From the NCBI GenBank assembly GCA_044229975.1, contig JBGARZ010000003.1, positions 160,001-224,000 of the forward strand: a stretch of 64,000 nucleotides of DNA, in the 5' to 3' direction. Origin of the DNA: Polyangiales bacterium. GTDB lineage: Bacteria; Myxococcota_A; Polyangia; Polyangiales; Ga0077539. Shown piece by piece: positions 39,675-48,510 of the stretch. A program made the position numbers and the translations under genes. Position 1 is the stretch's first letter. Each line of letters starts with the position of its first letter. The notes under the pieces are model-generated. The model was not told where the DNA came from, ran no database searches, and saw only the letters and a list, made by a program, of their open reading frames with translations.

Positions 39675-41576
39675 TCAGGTGGCAGGCGCGGCCTCGATGA
39701 CCGCCCCTTCGGTGACGACGGGCTCGGTCACGAACTGGAGCCGGTGCAGGCGGGCGTACACGCCGCCCAGCGCCATGAGCGCCGCGTGGTTGCCGCGTTC
39801 GACCACCTCACCGCGCAGCATCACGAGGATCTCGTCGGCGTGGCGGATGGTGCTCAGCCGGTGGGCGATGACGATGGCCGTGCGACCGCGCAGGGTCTCG
39901 GCCACCGCGCGTTGCACCGTCGACTCGGTCTCCGAGTCGAGGCTCGCGGTGGCCTCGTCGAGCACGAGCACCTCTGGGTCGCGATAGAGGGCGCGCGCCA
40001 GCGCCACGAGCTGCCGCTCGCCGCTGCTGAAGTTGGACCCGCGCTCGCCGACCGACGACTGAAGCCCGATGCCGCGGCGGTTGAGCAGGTCGAGCAGGCC
40101 GATGCGCCGGGCGACGTCCTCCGCGCGGGCCGCGTCGGGCTTGTCCTCACCGGGCGCGATGTTGGACAGCACGTCGCCTGGAAAGAGCAGCACGTCCTGC
40201 GGAACCACCACGACGCGGCGGCGCAGCTCTTCGCGGGTGAGCGATCGGATCTCCGCGCCGTCGACGAAGACGGCTCCCTCGTCGACCTCGTAGAGACGTT
40301 GCAGCAGCGAGATGATGGACGTCTTGCCCGCGCCCGTCGGGCCGACGATGGCGAGGGTGCGGCCGCGTCCGACCTCGAAGCTCACGCCACGCAGCGTGGG
40401 GCGATCGGGTTGGTAGCCGAAGCGAACGTCCTCGAAGGCAACCATCGCGCTGGGCGTCGGCCGTCCATCGCGCGGGGGGACGTCAGTGGGTGGAGCGTCG
40501 GGCTCGGGCTTGTCGAGAACACCGAAGACACGCTCGGCGCCCGACATCGCGTTTTGCAGGATGGTGAACTTCGAGGAGATCTCGCGCAGCGGCTCGAAGA
40601 AGCGCTGCACGTACTGCACGAACGCGACGAGCACGCCGAGCGACGCGGCGGGGCGGCTGGCGCCGAGGGCCCAGGCGCCGGCGAAGAGCAGCGAGGCGAT
40701 GCAGATGGACGCGAAGGCGTCGACGACGGCGTAGAGCATCGCGTCGTAGCGGATGGCGAGCTGGTTGGCCTCGCGGTACGCGGCGTTGATGTCGCGAAAC
40801 TCGTCCTGGCAGCGCTGCTCCTGCGCGTAGGCCTGCACCACGGCGACGCCGGTGACCTGCTCGTTGAGGTAGGCGTTCATCCGGGCGCTCTTGGTGCGGA
40901 TGGCGCGGAAGGCGTCGCGCGCGCGGCGGCGAAAACGATCGACCAGCCACGCGAGCGGCGGCACCGCGAGGAAGGTGAGCACCGAGAGGTGCGGCGAGAG
41001 CACCAGCATCGCGATGACGATGCGCGTGAGCGTGATGACGTCACCGACGGCCGTGACGGCGCCCGACGCGAAGAGCTCGCCGATGGCGTCGACGTCGTTG
41101 GTGACACGGGTGACGAGCCGCCCGATGGGCTGGCGGTCGAAGAAGGCGATGCGCTGCCCCTGGAGGAAGCGGAACACCTCGCGGCGCACGTCGGCCATGC
41201 TGCGCTGCCCGACGACCTGGAGCAGGTACCCGGAGACGAAACGCACCGCGAACTCCGCCACGATGAGCGCCGCGAGGATGATCGACCCGCGGTGCACGGC
41301 GCCGATGTCCCCGCGACCGACGCCGTCGTCGATGATCGAGCGCATGATGCGCGGCTGTGCGACCAGGAGCTCCGAGCTGGCGGGAAGCAGGAGGAGCGCG
41401 AGGAAGAGCGCCCCGCGGTAGGGCCGGATGAAGGGCCACAGGCGCTTGAGCAGCCGCGAGTCGTAGGTCTTGCCGAGGGCGTCTTCCTCATGGAAGGCCC
41501 GCTCGGCCTCGGCGGCGGTGCCCTTGGGCTTCGGCGGCTTCGCGTTGGTCTGCCGGTACGGCGTGGGGTCGCTCAC
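39675..41576 (-). CDS. ABC exporter fused TMD-NBD, heterodimer subunit B
   Basis: GPTGAGKT, FSSGE, LVLDE, IAHR. Confidence 0.93.
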   Translation of the reverse strand: MSDPTPYRQTNAKPPKPKGTAAEAERAFHEEDALGKTYDSRLLKRLWPFIRPYRGALFLALLLLPASSELLVAQPRIMRSIIDDGVGRGDIGAVHRGSIILAALIVAEFAVRFVSGYLLQVVGQRSMADVRREVFRFLQGQRIAFFDRQPIGRLVTRVTNDVDAIGELFASGAVTAVGDVITLTRIVIAMLVLSPHLSVLTFLAVPPLAWLVDRFRRRARDAFRAIRTKSARMNAYLNEQVTGVAVVQAYAQEQRCQDEFRDINAAYREANQLAIRYDAMLYAVVDAFASICIASLLFAGAWALGASRPAASLGVLVAFVQYVQRFFEPLREISSKFTILQNAMSGAERVFGVLDKPEPDAPPTDVPPRDGRPTPSAMVAFEDVRFGYQPDRPTLRGVSFEVGRGRTLAIVGPTGAGKTSIISLLQRLYEVDEGAVFVDGAEIRSLTREELRRRVVVVPQDVLLFPGDVLSNIAPGEDKPDAARAEDVARRIGLLDLLNRRGIGLQSSVGERGSNFSSGERQLVALARALYRDPEVLVLDEATASLDSETESTVQRAVAETLRGRTAIVIAHRLSTIRHADEILVMLRGEVVERGNHAALMALGGVYARLHRLQFVTEPVVTEGAVIEAAPAT

Positions 41577-43366
41577 ATGGCCTCCAGTTCGGCTTCGAGC
41601 GCCTGCCGCTCGGCGAGCCGGGCGTAGAGCCCGCCGCGCGCGAGGAGGGCGTCGTGCGTTCCGCTCTCGACGACCCTGCCAGCGTCGAGCACGACCACGA
41701 GGTCGCAGCGCGCCGAGGCGGCCACCCGGTGCGTGACCAGCACCAGCGTTCGCCCGCGCGACGCCTCGTCGATGGCGTCGAGGATCGACGACTCGGTGCG
41801 CGTATCGACCGCCGAGAGCGGGTCATCGAGCACCAGCACCTTCGGCCCGGCGAGCAGCGCGCGCGCGAGAGCCACCCGCTGCTTCTGTCCGCCCGAGAGC
41901 TGCACGCCGCGCTCCCCGACGATGGTCAGGTCGCCGTCGGGCATCGCGTCGACCTCGGAGAGGAGCTGCGCCGATCGCAGGGCCGCGCGCACCTTCTCGC
42001 GGGTGCTTGGCGCGTCGGGGTCGAGCTCGGCGAAGGCCACGTTGCGGGCGATGGTGGAGGAGAAGAGGAAGGGCTCCTGCTGCGCGAGTCCGACGGCGGC
42101 GCGCAGCGTCGCGAGCGGCACCCGCGTGATGTCGTGCCCGTCGAGAAACACCGATCCTTCGGGCGTCTGCAGCATGCGTGCGAGCAGGCGCGCGAGAACG
42201 CTCTTGCCCGCGCCGGTTCGGCCGACGATGGCGACGCGCTGCCCGGCGGCGACCTCCAGGCTCACCCCTTCGAGGATGGGCCGACCTTCGATGGCGTAGC
42301 GCAGGTCACGCACCGAGAGCGCACCCGTGATGGACGACGCCTCGACCGGCGTCGCCGCCGCGTCGTCGACGTCCGGCGTCGCCTCCAGGATGTCGAGGAT
42401 GCGATCGACCGAGGCGCGACCACGCTGGAGGATCGAGAGGAGGTAGCCGAGCGCGATGGTGGGCCACGCGATGATGGCGAGGTGCGACTGGAACGCGAGG
42501 ATGTCGCCGACGGTGAAGGTGCTGGGGTCGGCGATGACGCGCGAGCTGCCCACCCACACGACGATGAACGACGCCGTCGCCGCGCCGAGCCCCAGCACCG
42601 GGAACATCACCCCGCGCAGGCGCGCGAGCGAGAGGTTGGCTTCGAGCGATCGGTCGACGTCGGCGTCGAAGCCCGCGCGCTGCGACGGCTCCAGCCCGTA
42701 GGCGCGCACCACGCGCATGCCCGAGAGCACGCGCTGCACACGCTCGGACATCACCCCGAGGGCGTCCTGGGCGGCGCGGCTGCGGGCGAACATCGCGCGA
42801 CCGAAGCCCTGCGTGAGGAAGATGAACACCGGGAAGGGCAGCAGCGCGAGCGCCGCCAGCTTCGGGTTGCGCATGAAGAGCAGCGGGATGTTGACCGCGT
42901 AGGCGAAGGCCGCGTTGACGAGGTTGAGCCCGCCGAAGCCCACGAGCAGGCGAATCTGCCCGAGGTCGTTGGTGGCGCGGGACATCACCTCGCCGGGCCC
43001 CATGCGCTGGAAGAACGACGGCCCGAGGCGATGAAGGTGCGCCAGCATCCGCTCGCGGACGACGAACTCCACCTGTCGCCCGACGTTGAAGATCGCGAGC
43101 CGCGACGCCACGCGAAACCACGCGCCGAGCCCGGCGAGGGCCGCGATGGCGAGCGCGAAGTACATGGCGCGCGGGGCGTGCGAGGCCCGCAGCGCGTCGG
43201 TCGCGCCGCGGATGCACTGCGGGATGGCGCCGGCGGTGACGCTGCTCAAGGCGAGGAAGACCACGCCCCAGGCGACCTCGCGCCGCTCGTCGGCGACCAC
43301 CTCGCGAAGCAGGGACCAGGCACGACTCGCAGGGCGGGTCGCGGGGACAGCAGGGGCGTCGCTCAT
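41573..43366 (-). CDS. ABC exporter fused TMD-NBD, heterodimer subunit A
   Basis: GRTGAGKS, LSGGQ, degenerate Walker B LVLDD, VTHR. Confidence 0.93.
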   Translation of the reverse strand: MSDAPAVPATRPASRAWSLLREVVADERREVAWGVVFLALSSVTAGAIPQCIRGATDALRASHAPRAMYFALAIAALAGLGAWFRVASRLAIFNVGRQVEFVVRERMLAHLHRLGPSFFQRMGPGEVMSRATNDLGQIRLLVGFGGLNLVNAAFAYAVNIPLLFMRNPKLAALALLPFPVFIFLTQGFGRAMFARSRAAQDALGVMSERVQRVLSGMRVVRAYGLEPSQRAGFDADVDRSLEANLSLARLRGVMFPVLGLGAATASFIVVWVGSSRVIADPSTFTVGDILAFQSHLAIIAWPTIALGYLLSILQRGRASVDRILDILEATPDVDDAAATPVEASSITGALSVRDLRYAIEGRPILEGVSLEVAAGQRVAIVGRTGAGKSVLARLLARMLQTPEGSVFLDGHDITRVPLATLRAAVGLAQQEPFLFSSTIARNVAFAELDPDAPSTREKVRAALRSAQLLSEVDAMPDGDLTIVGERGVQLSGGQKQRVALARALLAGPKVLVLDDPLSAVDTRTESSILDAIDEASRGRTLVLVTHRVAASARCDLVVVLDAGRVVESGTHDALLARGGLYARLAERQALEAELEAM

Positions 43367-43432
43367 CGGGGTTGGCGTCAGCCTTCGGAGTGCGGTGGGA
43401 GACCTACGCGGGTCAGGGAGGTAGCACCCCCG

Positions 43433-44023
43433 TCAGGAGCCGTCCGCGCAAACTGCATCGAGGCCCGCATCGACTCCGGCGTCGGTGCCGCTCGCGACGG
43501 GGAGGCAGCGGCCGTGACCGTCGGTGCCGAGGAAGGCCGTGTCGCACACCGAGTAGCGGGGGCAGTCGCGCAGGCTGTCGCACGCGGGCTCGCAGCGGGA
43601 TGGCCCGCACCCGTCGGTGACGCATTGGCGGCCGTTGCAATCGACGGTGTCGCGACAGCGCGGAACGCACACCCGGTCGGCCTCGCCGAAACACACCTCG
43701 GCGGCCCCACAGGTGGACTCGCAGCGCGCCTGGAGGGCCGGGCGGCACACGCGCACCACGTCGCTCTCCTTGCCGCTCGGGACGCCCGAGTCGTCGCGTC
43801 CGCGGAAGTCGAAGCGACCGCACACGAGCGACGCGCCGCACTGCTCATCGGTCGAGCAGCGGGAGACGCAGACAGCGCCGGATGTTCCTTCGAGGCAGAG
43901 GCCCGAAGAACACTGATTGCCCGAGGAGCAGGGAGCTCCTATGGGCGTACGGTCGTCACTGCAACGGGAGAGGAGGGAGAGGAAGGCGAGGGCGAGCGCG
44001 GGGAGACGAGGGGACCCGCCCAT
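43433..44023 (-). CDS. Cys-rich secreted or lipo-protein
   Basis: Signal peptide; repeats of the CSSGNQCSSGLC type; starts 9 bp after rplS. Confidence 0.65.
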   Translation of the reverse strand: MGGSPRLPALALAFLSLLSRCSDDRTPIGAPCSSGNQCSSGLCLEGTSGAVCVSRCSTDEQCGASLVCGRFDFRGRDDSGVPSGKESDVVRVCRPALQARCESTCGAAEVCFGEADRVCVPRCRDTVDCNGRQCVTDGCGPSRCEPACDSLRDCPRYSVCDTAFLGTDGHGRCLPVASGTDAGVDAGLDAVCADGS

Positions 44024-44032
44024 CGGGTGCGA

Positions 44033-44404
44033 TCAGGAAGCGGCCTTGTCGCGGGCGTCCTTCAGACGGGCGGCCTTACCCTCGAGGTCGCGGAGGAAGT
44101 AGAGCTTCGAGCGGCGGATGACGCCGTGGGCGATGACTTCGATCTTGTCGATGCGCGGGCTGTGCACCGGGAAGATGCGCTCGACGCCGACGTTGTAGGA
44201 GATCTTGCGGACGGTGAACATCGCGCCGATGCCGCCGTTGCGAATGCGGATGACCTGGCCCTTGAAGACCTGGATGCGCTCCTTCTCGCCTTCGGCGACC
44301 TTGTAGTGCACGTTGACCGTGTCACCGACGCGGAAGGGGGTGAGCTTGTTTTCGGCGATGCGCTGCGTGTGGAGCGCTTCGATCTTCGGGTTCTGGTTGC
44401 CCAT
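44033..44404 (-). CDS. rplS: 50S ribosomal protein L19
   Basis: [42 protein letters not shown]. Confidence 0.98.
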   Translation of the reverse strand: MGNQNPKIEALHTQRIAENKLTPFRVGDTVNVHYKVAEGEKERIQVFKGQVIRIRNGGIGAMFTVRKISYNVGVERIFPVHSPRIDKIEVIAHGVIRRSKLYFLRDLEGKAARLKDARDKAAS

Positions 44405-44494
44405 GACGTCTCTCGGATTTCTAGAAGTGGAGGCCCGTAGGGGGAGCGCAAGGAATCATCGCGGGCGCTCGTTGTCAAGCCGCGCGTCGCGACC

Positions 44495-47400
44495 TCAAGT
44501 CGGGCGCGCGGAGTTGGAGCGAACGTCCTTCAACGCCGCTTCGCACTCTTCGAGCAGCACCTTGTTGTCGGTGGTTCCTGCCTTGGTCAGCGCCTCGCGG
44601 AGGTAGCGCCGGGCCTTGTCGTGCTGGCCCTCGGTGAGCGCGAGGTGTCCGAGCAGCCAGCGCGCCTCGATGCCATCTGCGGGAAAACCCTGCGCATCGA
44701 GCGTCGCCATTGCCTGCTCCAACCGGGCCCGCGGCGCGTCGCGCTCGGCCCCCTCCCGCGACGCTTCGAGAAACGCGAGGTACCCATCCGCCCGCGCCGC
44801 CAGCCGCACGTAGCCGCGCGTCTGCGCGATGCTGCGCGCCTCGGTGAAGGCCGCGTAGCCGCGCGGTGCGTCGCCGTTGCGCCACTCCGCCTCGCCCAAC
44901 ACCATCGACGCCGCGCAGAGCCCGAGGGCGCGGTCGACTTCGCGCGCGAGATCGACGGCGACCTGCGCCGACGCCACGGCGGGCGCGAGGTCGCGCAGCC
45001 GCAGCAGCACCTCCGCGCGGGTGCGAGCGACCTCCACCAGCAGCCGACGATCGACGGGCTCCTTGGCGCAGAGCGCGTCGATCTCCACGAGCGAGGCCCG
45101 CGCCGCCGCCGCGTCGCCGCTCGCCGCCTGGCAGCGCGCCGAGGACACCAGCGCGCGGAGCTGCTCCGACGTGAGCCCGAGCTCCGACGCCATGTTCGCC
45201 GCGTCTTGCAGGTAGCGTTGGGCGCGGCCGAACTCGCCGCGGTCGGCGTGCATCGTCCCGAGCGCCGACACCACCATCGCGCGCACGGCCTTGTCGCCCG
45301 AGAGCTCCGCCAGCGCGAGCGCCCGCTCCAGGTGACGGATGGCCTCCACCACCTGCTGCCTGCGCGCGAAGAGCCTGCCCTGCACGAGCACCAGGCGCGC
45401 GATGGCGGTGCGCTCCTTGCGCTCTTCCGCGAAGGCCACGCCGAGCTTGAGCCGCTCGAAGGCGAGGTCCGTCGAGCGCGCCGCGAGGGACGCATCACCG
45501 AGGGAGATGTAGAGCGAGAGCACGAGCGCCGGGTCGGGCTCGGTCGTCGCGAGGGCGAGGTCGATGGCGCGGGCGAAGCTCTGCACCGATGCGTCGGGCG
45601 CGTGCTCGCGGAGCTGCCGACGGGCGGCGCGCATCCAGCAATCGATGGCCTTGGGGCGGTCGCCGGCGAGGTCGTAGTGGCTCGCGAGGCGCTCGGCGAA
45701 CTCGTCCACCCGGTCGGGCAGAAACTCCTCCGTCACCGTCGCCACGGTCGCGTGCAGCTTGCGTCGCACCTCGCCGGGGAGCCCGTCGTAGAGCACCTCG
45801 CAGAGCAGCTCGCTGCGGAAGCGGTACTCACGCGGGCTGGTGCGCTCCAGCAGGTCTTGCGCGACGAGCGAGGTGAGCACCTCGTCGAGGAGCGCATCGG
45901 GCATCTCCGCCGCGCCGAGGAGCTGCTCGGTCGCGAGCCGCGGACCGATCACCGACGCCACTTGCAACACGCGACGCTCGGCCGGAGGCAGGCGCGCCAC
46001 GCGACTCGCGGTGAGTCCACGCAAGGTGCGCGGGAGCTCGGCCGGGACCCGGTCGGCGCGGTAGGTAGTGCTGTCGGTTCCGACGCTGAGGGCGCCCGCT
46101 TCACGCAGTGCCTTCACCAGCTCCACGAAGGCGAAGGGGTTGGCGCCGGAGCGCGCGCCGAGGTCGTCGATGAGGTCTGCGGGAAACGGCAGGTCAGCGC
46201 CCAGCACCAGCGCCAGGAGCTGACGCAGCTCCTCTTCGCTCATGGGTTCGAGCGACACCTCCTGCGCGTTGGCGCGGCCCTCCCACGGAAACGCACGCCC
46301 CGGTCGGCGTGCCGTCACGATGAGCGCGCGCGCCTTGCTGGCCCCTTGGATGACGTCGTCGAGGAGCGTCGCCGACAGGTCGTCGAGGTGCTCGGCACCG
46401 TCCCAGCAAAACACCGTGATGCGATCTTCCGAGAGGCGCGTGACGATCTTCTGGAGGGCGGTGCGCAGCGGGCGCGAGGCCGACTCGAGCGACTCCATGG
46501 TGGCGCTGACGATGCCCAGCACCACGCCCATCGCCAGCATCTCCTCGGGGGTGAGACCGAGCTCGCGGACGCGGCGCGCCTTCTCGCGCATCACCGACTC
46601 GTTGTCGCCGTCCTCGATGCCGAGCAGCGCGCGCAGCATCCCTTGGAGGCCGTGCAGCGGAACCTCCCGCCCATACGAAACACACGTCGCGCCGTACCAG
46701 GTCACCGGGTGGTTCATCCGACGCAGGCGGTAGTGAACCTCCTCCAGATAGCGGCTCTTGCCGATGCCCGCCTCGCCCACGACCGTGACCGTGAGCAGCC
46801 CCTGGTTGGCAGCCGCGGCGAGCATCTCGCCGAAGCGACGAAACTCCGCGCGGCGCCCCACCACGCGCTGGCGCCCCGGATCCTTCGGGCCGACCACCTG
46901 GAAGGCGTCGATGTGGCCCAGGGACACGAGCTCGAAGCGCTCACCGAGGGCCCCTTCGGTGGACGAGTCACCGACGACACCCCCGGGCGCTGCCTCCGCG
47001 AACTGGTCCGCCTGCTCGACGCTCTCCATCAGCCGGTTGTCGTGAACGGGCTGCCCCGCGCCGTCGACCTCGATGCGAGCGCTCGCGAAGCCCGCGCCGA
47101 GCGTCACCCCGTCAGGCACCTCGGCCACGATGCGCAGCGCGACAGACGCAGCCGTCTCGGTGTCGCGACCGTCGGGCGCGTCGAGGCCGAAGAGCAACCT
47201 CGCCCTCCCCCCTTCGCGCGAGATCTCCCTGCCACCACGCCGCGTCGCGAGGGTCACCGCGCCGTCGAGCGAGCGCTCGGACACCGGCCCCGTGCCGTTG
47301 GTCTTCGTCGCAAGGAGGGAGAGCACCGTGACGTCGCGCTGCTCGGCGTGCGACTGCAACGAGCCTGCGCCCCGATCGTCCGCGGGCTCGTCGTCGACCT

Positions 47401-48403
47401 CCAACAGCTCGACGTCCTCGTCGGGGTCGACGAATGCGTCGCGGATCCTCTTGGTGTCCACCGGCGCCGAGAGCGCGTCCTTGGTGGAGCGCAGCCAGTC
47501 GGCGAGGTCGTTGGTGCCCACGCGTCGACCGAGCGTGTAGAGAAACGCCGTCAGCTCCTCGTAGACCTTGGCCGCGTTGGCGTAGCGGTCGGCCGGGTCG
47601 GGTGCCATCGAGGTCTCCACGACCTGAAGCAGCTCACCTGGCACATCGGGGCGCAGCGAGCGGAGAGGCGTCGCGCGGCCTTCCAACACACGCTCGAGCA
47701 CCTGTCGAGGATCGGGCGCGAAGGCCGTCGGCGGCGCGAAGGGGTTCTCTCCGGCGAGCATCTCGAAGAGCGTCACGCCCAGCGAGTAGATGTCCGCGCG
47801 CCCGTCGACCTCCTCACCGCGAGCCTGCTCCGGGGGCATGTACGCGTACTTGCCGCGAACCGTTCCGCCGGCCTCGACGAAGGACACGGCCTTGGCGATG
47901 CCGAAGTCCGTGACCTTCACCTCTCCTTCGCGGGACAGGAGGATGTTTTGCGGCGAGATGTCCCGGTGCACGATGCCGAGGTTGCGGCCGCGGGCGTCCT
48001 TGCGGCGGTGTGCGTAGTCGAGCGCGCGGGCCACTTCGCACGCGATGAGCACGGCGACCTCGACGGGCACCGGTCGGGCGTCGCGTCGGGCGGACCGCAG
48101 CGACTGCGCAAGGTCGGAGCCGAGCACGTACTCCATCGCGATGAAGTAGGTGTCCTCCTCGCGACCGAGGTCGAACACCTGCACGATGTTGGCGTGCGAC
48201 AGCGCGACGGAGAGCCGCGCCTCGTGCAGGAACATGTCGACGAACGACTGGTTTTGCGCGAGCTCGGGGAGGATGCGCTTGAGGACGACGACCTTCTCGA
48301 AGCCCTCCACGCCATAGCTCTTGGCCTTGAAGACCTCCGCCATCCCCCCACGAGCGATACGTTCGAGAAGCTGATACCGCCCGAAGAGAAGCGGGGACTC
48401 CAT
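44495..48403 (-). CDS. Ser/Thr kinase with degenerate cyclase-like, STAND AAA ATPase and TPR regions
   Basis: GGMAEV, VHRDISPQN, DFG, GKYAYMPPEQ; GEAGIGKS; GANPF; C-terminal TPR-like helices. Confidence 0.9.
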   Translation of the reverse strand: MESPLLFGRYQLLERIARGGMAEVFKAKSYGVEGFEKVVVLKRILPELAQNQSFVDMFLHEARLSVALSHANIVQVFDLGREEDTYFIAMEYVLGSDLAQSLRSARRDARPVPVEVAVLIACEVARALDYAHRRKDARGRNLGIVHRDISPQNILLSREGEVKVTDFGIAKAVSFVEAGGTVRGKYAYMPPEQARGEEVDGRADIYSLGVTLFEMLAGENPFAPPTAFAPDPRQVLERVLEGRATPLRSLRPDVPGELLQVVETSMAPDPADRYANAAKVYEELTAFLYTLGRRVGTNDLADWLRSTKDALSAPVDTKRIRDAFVDPDEDVELLEVDDEPADDRGAGSLQSHAEQRDVTVLSLLATKTNGTGPVSERSLDGAVTLATRRGGREISREGGRARLLFGLDAPDGRDTETAASVALRIVAEVPDGVTLGAGFASARIEVDGAGQPVHDNRLMESVEQADQFAEAAPGGVVGDSSTEGALGERFELVSLGHIDAFQVVGPKDPGRQRVVGRRAEFRRFGEMLAAAANQGLLTVTVVGEAGIGKSRYLEEVHYRLRRMNHPVTWYGATCVSYGREVPLHGLQGMLRALLGIEDGDNESVMREKARRVRELGLTPEEMLAMGVVLGIVSATMESLESASRPLRTALQKIVTRLSEDRITVFCWDGAEHLDDLSATLLDDVIQGASKARALIVTARRPGRAFPWEGRANAQEVSLEPMSEEELRQLLALVLGADLPFPADLIDDLGARSGANPFAFVELVKALREAGALSVGTDSTTYRADRVPAELPRTLRGLTASRVARLPPAERRVLQVASVIGPRLATEQLLGAAEMPDALLDEVLTSLVAQDLLERTSPREYRFRSELLCEVLYDGLPGEVRRKLHATVATVTEEFLPDRVDEFAERLASHYDLAGDRPKAIDCWMRAARRQLREHAPDASVQSFARAIDLALATTEPDPALVLSLYISLGDASLAARSTDLAFERLKLGVAFAEERKERTAIARLVLVQGRLFARRQQVVEAIRHLERALALAELSGDKAVRAMVVSALGTMHADRGEFGRAQRYLQDAANMASELGLTSEQLRALVSSARCQAASGDAAAARASLVEIDALCAKEPVDRRLLVEVARTRAEVLLRLRDLAPAVASAQVAVDLAREVDRALGLCAASMVLGEAEWRNGDAPRGYAAFTEARSIAQTRGYVRLAARADGYLAFLEASREGAERDAPRARLEQAMATLDAQGFPADGIEARWLLGHLALTEGQHDKARRYLREALTKAGTTDNKVLLEECEAALKDVRSNSARPT

Positions 48404-48510
48404 CACCACACGCCTTTGGATCCCGCAGCGCCGCTTGCGCCTCGGAGCGCGGCAGCATAACCCGAGGACGCGCCGCGTCTCCATTCCTCTCGCGCACCCG
48501 CTGCAACAAC

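Noticed and set aside
39675..43366. Degenerate-site ABC exporter pair as a novelty
   Set aside because: LDD/FSSGE asymmetry is the well-known TM287/288 and BmrCD type.
41654..48460. Very long alternative ORFs (41654-44440+, 44621-48460+; similarly 468-2087-, 35308-37671+, 55348-57255-)
   Set aside because: These are antisense shadows of real genes in high-GC DNA with no recognisable motifs.
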